From positions 245,582,001 to 245,646,000 of the forward strand of contig OZ024742.1 of assembly GCA_964016885.1 (NCBI GenBank): a stretch of DNA of 64,000 nucleotides. Direction: 5' to 3'. Shown here one piece after another: positions 35,177 through 47,799 of the stretch. The stretch comes from Eledone cirrhosa (Eukaryota). The notes below the pieces were generated by a model. The model was not told the DNA's origin. It did not search any database and was given only the letters and a program-made list of their open reading frames with translations. How positions within the stretch are numbered: the stretch's first letter is position 1; each line of letters opens with the position of its first letter. Made by a program: the position numbers and the translations under genes.

Positions 35177-36803
35177 GATTTTGTCCAAGGTGTTAGCAAT
35201 GAGGCTGGTGCTTGCTGTCAAGAACCTGGTAGGGGAAGCGCAAAAGTGTGCAATCCTGACCAGGTCCATACAAGACAACCTCCAACTCATGCGATACATC
35301 ATAGAGAGGGTAGGGTGTAAACCTGGCTTCAGTGGGGCTCTGATTAATTTAGATCAGTCTAAGGCATTTGATAGGGTTGACCAACAATACTTGGAAGCGG
35401 TTCTCAAGGCGGCAGGCTTCGGTCCAGTCTTCAGAGGCTGGATTGCTGCCATGCACACCAGTATCTGCTTGGCAGTCAAGGTGAATGGCTATCTATCGGA
35501 ACCATTCCAAATCATGCGTTCCATCCGTCAGGGATGCCCTCTCTCCTCCATTCTGTATGTACTGACTCTCGAGCCATTACTGCGGAAGTTGGAGCTGTAA
35601 TGGTGTCGAAAACCTCAGACATCGGGGTAATCGGCAACCTATTACAGGAATACAAAACATCGACAGGAGCAAGACTAAACCCAAACAAGTCTGTCGGTTT
35701 GCAACTCGGCACATGGAGAGGCAAACCCATGCCTTCCGACAGTGTCATTGGACTGTGGACGGAAGGACCGGTGAAATTGCTCGGGGTCTGGTTTGGCACT
35801 CACCCAGAACTGGGCTGAGCGAAAACTCTCCTTGAAAGGTCGAGTGGAGATGGCGAACACGTACATAGCGTCCGTCATCTACTACCACTTGACAGTCGTG
35901 CCTTGTCCCCACGAATACCTCACCAAAATGGAACGCCTACTCTTCAAGTTCCTCTGGAAGAAACAGGCACCATTGGTGAGGAGATCCATCTGCTGTCAAC
36001 ACCCTTCTAACGCCATCTCTAGGTATTCTTGACCGGCAAACCGGTGTGGCTGTCATTTGTGAGACGAGCTCTTCCACAACTCGTCTCACTAACAGAGCTG
36101 CAGTCCTGGGTCAAGCGAAGAGCGAAAATGAGTGCCTAGCACCTCAAGTGCCTTCAGGCGCTCACAGCCCTCTACCAAGCGGAAACGGCAATCAGCGGAG
36201 ACTCAACTTCGACATTCTATAGGGGATTAGTGGAAAATAAGTGCGACAATGTTCTCAGGGAAACTCTAGGCATCGAGGAGGATGAACAGACCAGTCTGTT
36301 CGGGAGGACTTTCCGTCCAGGGCCTATGGATAACTTCCAAAGGTCTCTGGCCTGGCAGTGCTAGCGAGGAGCTCTACCAGTTCGAGACAAAATCTACAGG
36401 CACGGACGCCCTGGCCGAGATCCTGCCAAAAGGACCTGTCCAAGATGCGAGCAGGACATCGAAACCGTTCTGCACGCAATTGTTCAGTGCCTAGGGGTGA
36501 CCGACCTGTGGAATTATGTCGAACAGCTGTCAGGTGTGGGACGCGAGTCCATCGTGAGGATCACCCCACTGCTTTCATTTAAGAATGAAAACGTGTTCCT
36601 GGTGTTGAGGGTTGTTCTATCTACAGGGTGTAAAACAACCCTGCAGTAACATTCCCCCCTCCCCCTACTGGGGATTTCAATTGTTATTTTATATATATAG
36701 TTTGTTATTTATTAATGTTAAAGTTATGATTTTCATGTAAAACCCCCGCCATCACGTCTTGTAATGTCCCATTTTTGTACGCTCCTGTGGCAAATAAAGA
36801 AAG
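35177..36803 (+). mobile_element. 5'-truncated, internally deleted L1/Tx1-like LINE with 15-bp TSD
   Basis: RT motifs LINLDQSKAFDRVD and IRQGCPLS, then LLGVWF and RKLSLKGR. Ends in AATAAAGAAA. CTATTTAAATGAAAA is duplicated at 35162-35176 and 36804-36818. Confidence 0.88.
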
Positions 36804-36905
36804 CTATTTAAATGAAAATCCTCCAACATAATTTTATATAAGAACTTTATATTAAATTACAATCTCAGTAAACAAAAAAAGAAAAAAAGTTAAAAAAAAA
36901 CATAC

Positions 36906-36993
36906 CATTTTCTACATCTGTCTTTTTATCTTGGTTGTTTGTTTCACAGTTTGTATTTGATCTTGTGTCAACTGTTTCTGGAACTGGTGATTC
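36906..36993 (-). CDS. TMEM263: TMEM263-like protein, internal coding exon (88 nt)
   Basis: Acceptor CTTTATTCTTCCAACAG and donor GTATGT. Encodes ESPVPETVDTRSNTNCETNNQDKKTDVEN plus 1 nt. Phase 1 joins exactly to the AT that opens exon 27502 (GAT = D), giving a polar N-terminus as in TMEM263. Confidence 0.75.
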
Positions 36994-39900
36994 CTGTTGG
37001 AAGAATAAAGTTGAGAGAGAACTTCATTAATTAATTGTTCAACTATTTTGATGCCAATCCACCTGAAACCATCTTGTGGTTCTACGATACAAAACTATTT
37101 TAAAAGTATTTATATTTATGTAAAAACCCTCCCATCATACTTTTATATAAGAACATTTGCTATGTTATGTTCCAAACACTATTCTGTCCACCGGGATGAC
37201 GAGGTAGACTGACCCTTAACTTTCATCTATGGTGGTGGCATGTGGAATACATTTACATGCATTTTATTATAACCTAACAAAAAATTCCTACAACAATTGT
37301 AATTCATGTTTTGGTGGATAATTTTTGTTAAACAAGAACAGATTCCTTGTGAGTATAATAATGAAAAAGTCAGTTATATTACTCTGCCCAAATTCTTGAT
37401 TATTTTCAAAATGATTAGAAAATCATAGGCAGTGTCATTTGTTAGAAATATGGTAATGAATTGGTTAATTCCAGATAAAAAATAACTGAAACTAAATTGT
37501 TTTTGGTGATAATCTTTTTTTTCTTTAATATTACCTTTTAAATCACTGGATTGTGGTGTGAAGGTGGATTGAGTTTTTGAGCAAGATGCTTTGTTTCACA
37601 TTAAGTTTTATGATGGGACTGGAGCCCGTCATTAAAAATCAAAGAAACCTATGAGACACTCTTGGAGGCTAGTTAATCCCATATAGGTGTTGGCTGTAAC
37701 AACAACAAAGGGGGCACCTATCATTAAAACACCCAAGAAACTGCCTATGAGATGCAACCTCATAGGAATCCAGCTAAACCTACATAGGTTTGATATGTAA
37801 ATTTCATTTCTTTCCATACTGGGGCAAGAAGCTTAGTGTTAGTAAAATAGTGTTTTTACAACATGTTTACAGCATGGCATCCGACCCTCTACCAATACTA
37901 CCAATGTTGTCAACATATTGAATGTTAATCCTTCATCAGGAAAGAGTGAAGTTAGGAGAGAGAAGAGGTTGAAAGAGAAAAAGGAGAAAAAAAGCGGGAT
38001 TATTAGGAAGGGTGAAGTGAATAGGCACTATGTAGTCCTGCATGAATGTGTATATGTGGTAGTGGTGGCAGAGCATCCAAGTCTATCAGTGTTGCTGGTA
38101 TGTACATGTATGTGATTGAAGTGCATCATATAAGTCACCATTATTGGTATAATCATTCCCTTTAAGGACCGAGTTCAAATCCCTCCAAGGTTAACTTTGC
38201 CTTTCATCGTTACGGGGTCGATAAAATAAAGTACCAGTAATGTACTGGGTAATTGCAGGCCTTGTGCCAAAAGTAGAAACAATTATTGGTATAATCATTG
38301 GTGTGGCTTTTTTATATTAAAAATATTCTAGAAATAGCAGCCAATATTTCTCAAAATCTTTAAAAAGGGAACAAAAACAATCAGTGTAAGGTGGTTATGC
38401 TGGTGACAGTATAAAAACACCCAGTCAACACTAAGATGGTTGACATTAAGAAGGGTGTCCAGCCATAGAAACCAAGCCAAAATACAGATCTGTATAAGCA
38501 AGACAGTCACCTGATCTGAGTTATCTCTCAATGTGACAACCCGTCTAACCCATGCAAGTGTAGAAAAATAGACATTAAATGGTGATGATCATGTTATATT
38601 TTGACTTTGTAATACAATGTTCAATTCATTTAACTTTGTTGTTAAAATGCTAATTTTCAAAGTCATTCTTTGTTTTCAGGAAAGGCTATATCTCCATCTT
38701 TAAAAAATGTTGATATGTGGTAATCTAATAAGAAGTAACCCTATATTCAAACATCTCTATTATGAAGCAGTCAATCTAAAGAATGTGCATCAACTTCTTC
38801 CAAAAAATATTTGACTATTTTTGATGATAACTCTGGTTTTATGAATCAAATTCACCCAATTTTAAAGGGTTCCAATTTAACCCATTTTATACCAAACTGC
38901 CTCTGTTTCTATCAAACAAAATAAACCATTTTAAACAGTTCCTAATTAAATTTTCTAATAATTTGACATGAGTATTTTATTTCTAACCCTTTTGAGACCA
39001 GCCCACCTAATCTATCTCTGGTTCTATGAAACAAAACCACTCATGTTTAACTGTTGATACCAAACCATACCCGTGTCTACAATTCAAAACTGTTTTAATG
39101 TGTTTGTTATCTAAAAACCTTCCATTGTAATTTTATATAAGAACGTTTGTTAATTTATGTTCAAAATACTAGATATATGATGAGAAAGTTATATTACTAA
39201 ATCATTCCAAATTCTCTATTTTCAAAATGATTTGAGACATAGGAAGTATATTTCATTAAAATATGGCAATGAAAGAGTTAAAGGGTTCCTATTTCAACTA
39301 AAATCTTAGTTGCCATCTTAATGAAATAATTTTAGTAAATTTCTCCAAATTCTTCATTAAATAATTAAAACAGTAAATTTCATTAGTAACACAGTCACAA
39401 AAGAGTTAAATAATCTTCTTTGTGCTGCTTTGTCTCGAATGCAATTTATCGTTTTCAGAGTTACTGACATAAATTTCTAAATGCTAAACATAATACCTGT
39501 TTGTGTATGATGCAATAGCAAGCAATAAAACTTTGAAATTCTATTTTTTCTCCAATATTCAATAAAGCTATTTTAACTGCCAATCAATGTTTTTTGTAGG
39601 TTAATGTTTCAAAGTTACAAAGCTTCTAAAAGTACTATACATATTTTTTCCAGTTATTCTTTCTTTAACGTCTTGTATTACATGAAAAACATTAACAAAA
39701 CATTCTTGAAAAGTACACGACAGTACTTATGACAGTATAAAAATTAAAAATTCAAGTCTTTGCATTAGTCAACTGTAAATTTATCCACTAGTAAAGATAC
39801 TATATTTGAATTAACTGACCTGTTAAATCATTACAGGATGTTAAAGGTTAAGAATAAGGTTGAATAGTTCTTCGTTAGTAGTGCAATCAGAAAAAAAAAA

Positions 39901-40093
39901 AACATGTGAAAATATGCTTAATTTTGCAATGTCACATGTGTCAGTTGATAGACATTGTTTACTGTTATCAACTCATTTTGTCTTGATATCTGCATACTTT
40001 GGAGGGAAATAAAATGGAACAACATTTACAGCTCATACCTACGTAAGTTTAGCTGACCTCCTACAAGGTTATCTCATAGGTTTCTCAAGTGTT

Positions 40094-40304
40094 TTAACCC
40101 TTTAGCATTTACATTACTCTATATCTATTATTGTATTTTTGTGGTAAAGGCTTTACCTCACATAATATCGAATCTACGATATTTTGATATTTATTTACAG
40201 AACAATACTTAACATCAGTATGAGTGGCCAGTTACGGCTGGTTTGAATAGAAAGAAATGAAAGAATTCTGGCCATTACAACTGGTTTAAATGCTAAAGAG
40301 ATAA
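40094..40304 (+). mobile_element. TTAA-targeting MITE, family 3 (second copy about 52405-52603)
   Basis: Termini TTAACCCTTTAGCATTTA...TAAATGCTAAAGAG. It interrupts the GTGTTTTAA/TGATAGGG motif of another repeat family. Confidence 0.75.
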
Positions 40305-43300
40305 TGATAGGGAGCCATGTTGTTGTTACAGTTCAAATCTATGTAGGTTTAGTTAGCTTCCTCCAAGGTTGCATCTCAAAGGAGGTTTCTCAGGTGTTTG
40401 TATAAAAGGGGCCCTAGTTATACACAGGTTTAATTGGCATTCCAAGGTATCTGAAAGGAAGTTTCCAGGGTGTTTCAATAATAGGGGCTACAATCCTATC
40501 ATATCATACTTTGCATAACAAGGAGGATTTCTCATTGATTTTTAATAGTCTTGCATGGAAAATTACCTTAAAACACTTGTATTTTCAAATAAGGAACTAG
40601 TAGCTTCCAAAAAATGCTTTGAAATGAAAATGTTTACAGCTGGATACTCTTTATAACACCAACGACTTTACAGAGTATACTGGGTACATTTTATTGTGGT
40701 GCCAGCACTATCACTTTACAGAGTGTAATGGGTGTATTTTGCCAACACCATTTTTCAGAACATATTGGGTACATTTTATCATGGCACCAAAGTCATTATG
40801 GAAGAGTCATCATAGCTATTTAAAACACACACTCTTTTATTTCTTATAAACTTATTCCATTGCAATGAGATTGTGTTAGTGATCAGCTTGCAGGTGTACA
40901 ACAAACTTTCTGACAGTTTCTCAACAGGCACACATCCTCTATAAATATTTAATTATATATGAAGCAGTGTGTCTGAGGCCAGCTTCCTCCTCAGTCATTG
41001 CAAACTCAACTCAACCTGTTGTAAATAAAGTTGGCTTCAGAATGGAAGGCAAAGTTTAGCTCTGTGAAATCTGAACAGACCACAGAAAGCTGGAATGAAT
41101 ACTATGAAGCATTTTATCAAACATTGTAACGACTGCCACCTTGCAACACGCACACACATGTAAATCTGAGTTATTTTCTTTTATTTACAGGCACTTGGAA
41201 AGAATATGAGACCTTACAGATTCTTGTTTCACTCCACCCAAAAATTATGTCTTCTGTATATGTTACATACCCTCTCCCATTTGTTATATTCAAATAATCT
41301 ACTTAATTTTAGAGACCTGAATTGGGAGGAGGCTACAAAACTCCCATAGCACAAACTAAATATATTGATGCTTCCATAAACACACTTTTCAGATTGTTTT
41401 TCAGTGTTCATTTCTAGGTCAATGAAAGAAACTCAAAACTTAAAATAACTTCTCATAATTTTAGAATAACAAGTCTCTACAAGAGTTTATAACCATATTC
41501 TTAATTCCTAAAAGTCCATTTGACTTTTTTCTTACCATATTTCTAATGAAAAACACTGCTTATGATTCCCAAATCATTTTGAAAATAACCAAGAATTTGA
41601 AAAAATTTAGTAATATAACTTTCTGGACAGATTTTATAGGCAAAGCCAACCAGCAGGAGACCCAGAGGTAGACCACAGGTAAGATAGTTGAATAACATCC
41701 AGAAGCTTAGTTGGTCTCGCTTGAGGATTCAGCCAGATCATTTGAGATGGTTGCTTCTGATAGTACCCTCTAACAGGCGTGCTTGAAGACTGTCCCCACA
41801 ACCCTCACAGGAATAAATAGGTAAAGAAAAGAACTAACCTTCCTATTATTAAGCTGGTGTCTGGAGCATAAAGTTCCTTACATAAAATCATGATAAAAGG
41901 CTTTTTAGATAAACACTTTAAAACAAAAGAGTTTTGTTTTGTAGACCAAAGGATATTTTCAGGTAGTTTGGTATCAAAAGGGGTAATATATCTATTAAAA
42001 CCTGTCCATCAAGAGAAACTAGTGGTTAGGTTTTAAGACAATCAATTCTTGGACTATGTGGCATGTATTCTTGACTAAGAAACTCCATTTCATTGCTTTT
42101 CATGACTGACAATTTGTCAGAAATTTACCTTCTGATGAAGTGCTTACATATTGTAGGCGAATTAGCAGAGTCGTTAAGATGTCGGATAGAATGCTTTACA
42201 GTATTCGTCCCACCTCATTGTGCGTTCCGAGTTCAAATCTCGCCATGGTCAACTTTGCTTTTCATCCTTTCAAGATCGATAAAAAAGTCCCAGTCCAATA
42301 CTAGGGTCGATTCTTCCTCTATAGAAGAAATCGGCTGTGTTCAGACCTGGAGAGGGTTGGGCTTCGGAAGGTTTAAAAGTGCCCTAGATATGCCGTATGA
42401 CAGTGCCTCTACGACTCCACAAGGAGTTATAGGATCTTTATCCTTTATTAAGATATTGTATTAGGTAATACTTTTATATTTCTCTAAGTCAAATAGATGA
42501 AAAATATTGGGTTCATTTAACATTTTAACATCTTCGTATTGTAGTGGGTGGGTTGACATGGGTCTACATTACAACTTAATCTTTTGTGTTTTAATCTTGT
42601 GTCAAATAATGTAGGAGTTCCAGCATCATCAAGGTTGTGAAGAGAAATGGAATGAGATGGCTGGGCGGTGTGCTGAGGAAGTATGAAAGAAACTGAGTGG
42701 GAGGAGTAATGGAAGTAATTATGGAAGATAGTAGCAGAAGGGGAAGACCAAAAAAGACAAATATAACAGAAGAGGAAACGAAAGCCAGGTAGTTGGAGAG
42801 GAGGTGAACACACAATGGAGCAAAATGGAGAATCTTGTCACAGAGCTCGCATTGCTAATCCCTGCTTTAGCAGAGGAAATGGCCTTAGCATGCTAATTAA
42901 TGTACCCAGCAATACCAAGGCTATCCATACCTTTTCTCAAGTATCCTCCACAGTAATTTTTCACCTAATATATATTATTCAATCTTATTGCATGTTTAAA
43001 CCAATGCAGTTTCCTCCTGTATATCTGATATTCAGCCATTTTTTCAGTTCATTGTCAGTCAACATTGGACATCTAATCAACCATAACTAGTTATTCTTCT
43101 CTAAATATTCAAAATTTTGGAAAGCTTGGTTGCTATATAAAGTTGTTCAAAATAAAACCAAGCGTTGATAAATAGTTAATGAGAGCTTTGAAGGCTCGAA
43201 ACAATAGGTATCTCTTTAAAACACCATGCTTGTTCTCAGATATTCAACTAAAATTTAGGAACTGGTATCCCCAAGAAATTTTATATAGAAATGACATTTT

Positions 43301-43868
43301 TCATTGCTCAATCCAAAGACCATTACTCATATTGGAAGTGAATTTAAAAAGTATTTAAATTTCTCTCAGCAGTAACTCATAAAAATAGTAAAATCTAAGA
43401 TAGCATCTAATGTTGATGATGATGGTACCCTCTGAGTATTTTAGCCAATAAAATGTTTGAAATTTGTTTTCACAAAGCTAGAATCAAATGTGATCTAATT
43501 TATAAGTTTTCTCATTAAAGTCACAGGCTTGGCTATGTAGTTAAAAAATTTACTTCACAATCATGTAATTTTGAACTCAGTGCTACTGCATGGCACCTTG
43601 AGTGTCTTTTATACTATCCACATGATGCCAAATGCCTTGTGAGTAAAATTTGGTAGATGAAGATTGCAGAAGTCTATATATATATACTCAGTTTTCAGCT
43701 TTCTATACTGGCATGGGTTGAACATGTCCCATTTCAAGACTGGATGGGTGGATCATGTCGCGCGCATGTGCGTGTGTGCGCGTGTGTGTTCTGTAATTTA
43801 GAAGTTTGACAAAAAGGGATTGATACAAAAAAAGAATAACAGACTTGAAAAAAATGTACTGTGGTTGA

Positions 43869-44440
43869 TATCATCATCATCATCATTTTACGTCCACTTT
43901 TCCCTGCTTGCAAGGGTGGGACGGGTCTTATTCAGCACAGCATCTCTCCACTTGTCACGGTCCTTCGTCATCTCCACCGTGAGCTTCAGTGATCTGATGT
44001 CTGTTCTCACCACCTCCGCCCATGTTTTTCGTGGTCTACCTCTACCATGTCTTCCTTCAACTGGCATTTCCTGGCACTTCTTCACCCATCGGTCATCCTC
44101 CATGCGCATCACATGTCCATACCACCAGTCTCCTCTCTCACACACTACATTCTATCCCTCTCAGACTATCTCTCAACACATTCATGCTGGGTCGTTCACG
44201 CACATTGACATTGCACATCCAATGGGGCATGCCTGCGTCATTTCTCTCCAGCCGTCGCATATCCTCTGCAGTACTGCCCATGTCTCACTACCATGCAGCA
44301 TCGCGCTCCTCCCACAGGCATCATACAACCAGCCTTTCGTAAGCAGGGAGAAACCCTTCTTCGTCAGCAGAGGAAGCAGCTCCCTAAACTTCTTCCAGCC
44401 CGTCCTTATATGGTCAACACAATTCCTTTCAAGGTGGTGA
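43869..44440 (-). mobile_element. 5'-truncated RTE LINE fragment with (GAT)n tail
   Basis: Encodes RTGWKKFRELLPLL, MLHGSETW, WYGHVMRM and GRGRPRKTW. Confidence 0.9.
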
Positions 44441-47400
44441 TCCAGCCTAGCCACAGTCTATTGATTGAAACATGTACAAGAATAAAAAAAATATTTTGTG
44501 TTATTTCTTTCTATATGATTTATTCTTATACTTGTCTTTCAAGATTCTTGATATGAAATCATGTGTTGAAACATATTGTTATACTTTCGGAGAGTTATGT
44601 TGCCAATAAAATGTACCAGTTGAAAAAGAGAAAAGAAATGGAGCAACTTCACTGAATTTCTTTTCACAAGGATCTTGTATAAAAATAAATTGAATAGAAA
44701 GAAATAACAAAATAATTCTTTTATTCCTTTATATGACTATGGCCATAAATCAAATTTAGTTGATCTCCATGTTGGTGTTTAATAAACCAAAAGAAATATA
44801 TACCTTGTTATACTTTGGGAAGATCATACTGTCAATAAAAATTGAATTTTATTTTAGTTTTTCTTTTTTTGTTATTAATCATGTATGTAATCCATTCATT
44901 GGTTGGTTAAACACCCAAAAAGTTATTTACTTAACTAGAATTTTGTTCCATATACTGACGCGTATGTGTGTGCATGTGTGTATGTACATATGCATACGTT
45001 TATATGTATGAGTATATAAATACAAACATGCAAACAAATTTTCAGGATGACAATCAACAGCTGCACATTGTGTTGCTACCACTGTTATGACTACCTCATA
45101 CTACTCCTCTCTTTACAACAAAAACAGGGTGCTGTTACCACTGCTGTTATGACTACCTCATACTACTCTCTTTACGTCTGATGTACGAAATAGACGATTA
45201 GTGGAGCATATAAAAATATTATAAACAAATTGTTTTCTTCTGAGGTCGATTTTCCTTGAATTTTATTTTGCCTTATATTTTATAAGGCAAAATACATTCA
45301 CATACATTCACGCAGGCAGCAAGCATAAAGAGGAGTAGTGTGAGGTAGTCAAACTACTCCTCTCTCTTTACGTCTGTTTTTTCACCATCCCTTTCTTTCC
45401 TTTTACACACATACATTCATGCAGGCAGCAGACGTAAGAGAAAAGTAGTGTGAGGTAGTCAAACTACTCTCTATTTAGGTGTGACGGAATCGCAGAAATT
45501 TATATATAGTCAACACTATCACCACATTTTCTGTGACCTGACCAATGACTTATCACCTGTCTCCTTTTCATCTCAACTTCGCCTCCATAGGAAAAAATCC
45601 CCACCTCACATTTTCTGGAGGAGGGAAGGGGGCGCTCAGACTTGCCCCACTGCAGGAGTTTTCTTTAAGCTTTAACCCCCAACAGAGGTGAAAAATCCAA
45701 GGGTCCTCCCTCTCTTCCCCCTCCGTTTTCCAGGAAAAAAAGACCTTTGCAGCATGTTCAGAGGTAAGATTAGTTGGTAGCACACAAAGAAAATGAGGAA
45801 AAAAGAAATGGTATAGAAAAATCAAGGGAGAGGGAGAAGAAAAAAAAAAAAAAAAAAAAAAAAACGAGTAATTCTTCGCTTTTCCGAGGAAAAAAGTCTC
45901 TAGGACTATATTAGGAGGTAAGTTTAATTGATAACACATACAAAAATATGAAAAATTATTTCCCACTGAAATTGGTGAGGGTGTCTTTCTATAACACCAA
46001 ATCACTTGAAGCCACTTTGGATTTATGATACAAACTGCTTATTTTAAAATGTTTAGCCTTATATCAATTTTATTTTAGAAATTTTTGTCAACACTAAATA
46101 CAAGTTTACTATTGAAAAACACATTCTTTTAGTTTAATCCAAATTTGTAGTTATTTCCAATATTAATTGAAATATATAAGCATTCTACTTCAATAGAGAT
46201 GCAGTAATGAAAGGGGTTAACATCTACTTTTCTATGCTGGCATGGTTTAAAGAGGCTAACATAGACCAAGTCGGTATTTAATCTGAGCTACTGACTTCTC
46301 AGATGAGCCAGGGCCCTCATTTTCCTCAGACAAACATTCCAACACTTTACAGAGTGCATGTGGTACGTTTTATTGTGACACCGATACCAGGGAGGCTGTC
46401 ATGTCCTTGATGCAACTGAAAAGTCTACTTAATCCTTTGTTTGGCCTGGTTCATACAGCTGGAGTCTCTTCCTAATATGACTATACAGACTGTACTAGGT
46501 TCATTTTATCGTGGCACCAATACTAATGAGGTTGTCATGCTGTTCACATAACTGATGAATCCTTTCAACCCTTTATTTAGAAAAAAAAACAAAAAAAACT
46601 AGTATTTCCTGTATATAATATGAGAAATTTGGAACAAAAAATTAAGTACAAAAAAGTGTGATTGTATTGCACACATGTTCACATTTTCAGAAATTTTTAC
46701 CGAATTTAAAAATACTCATTTCAAATGGCAAGATTGCAAATATGTGCTGGTAATAGTTGAATACAAGTTGCTAAATATCCAGTTTTTACATTCTTTAATG
46801 CCATGAGAAACTGAATATTGTGAAATATGTGCAAGATCAAAATTTTGACATAATATGATGCAAGTTTACAAACAATTTTACTTTGACATGGCTTACTCTG
46901 GGGTCTTATACACAAGAATGTAATTTCTTTCTTTTAGCTTCATAAACAGCAGTCAAACTCAAATACAATATATAAAAACTGGATACACTTTCAACCTTGA
47001 CATCACATAATCACTTAGCAGATAATACCTAAAAACAGGCTTCTTAATTCAAATGCTTGTTGAGAAAATATACAGAATCAAAATATATGTAAAGCTTTTG
47101 ATACAAAACTGCCTGAAACCACCAGCTATTTGTTTTTTTTTAGTATTATAATTATCTGAAAACTTTCCTTCAATTTTGTAAGAACCTTTAAATTATGTTC
47201 CAAACATTAGCTTAATAATGAGAAAGCTATATTATTAAATCCTTCTAAATTCTTGATCATCTTTGTCCACTTATTTCTGAGAGGGTTGTAGGGACAGAGT
47301 TCTCAAGCACAACTTCCAGTGGGTCGTCACCAATTGATCTGGCTGGATCCCCAAGCGAAACTAGCCAAGCTCAAGGATGTTATCCAACCATCTTGCATGG

Positions 47401-47799
47401 ATCTTCTGCCAAAAGGATTTGAAAATTATAGGCAGTGTCTTTCATTAGAAATATGGTAATGAAAGGGTTTATGCAATGCTGTCATAGTGTTTTGTATTTT
47501 TCAAGAATATCTTGTTAATATGGTTTTATATGATGCAAGACGTTAAAAGTTAATCCATACTGTGAAAAATATTTTTTAATGAGAGGTTTAAATTTAACAG
47601 ATAACCTAACATTTTAACGCAAACTATAAACTGAAGTCTAATTTTTTAAACTAACATAGTGCTAAGATTTGAAGATATAATTTTCAAAAATAAACCTTTC
47701 AATTTGGTATTTATAAAAATACCATTATTTGTTAAATATGATGGCACCAAGATATTTATATTCATTGTTAAATGAAATTGGCTGATCTTTAAATAATAG

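Noticed and set aside
45330-45470. TGAGGTAGT as a let-7 miRNA gene
   Set aside because: Only the first 9 nt match. The rest (CAAACTACT) differs from let-7, and there is no let-7-like precursor.
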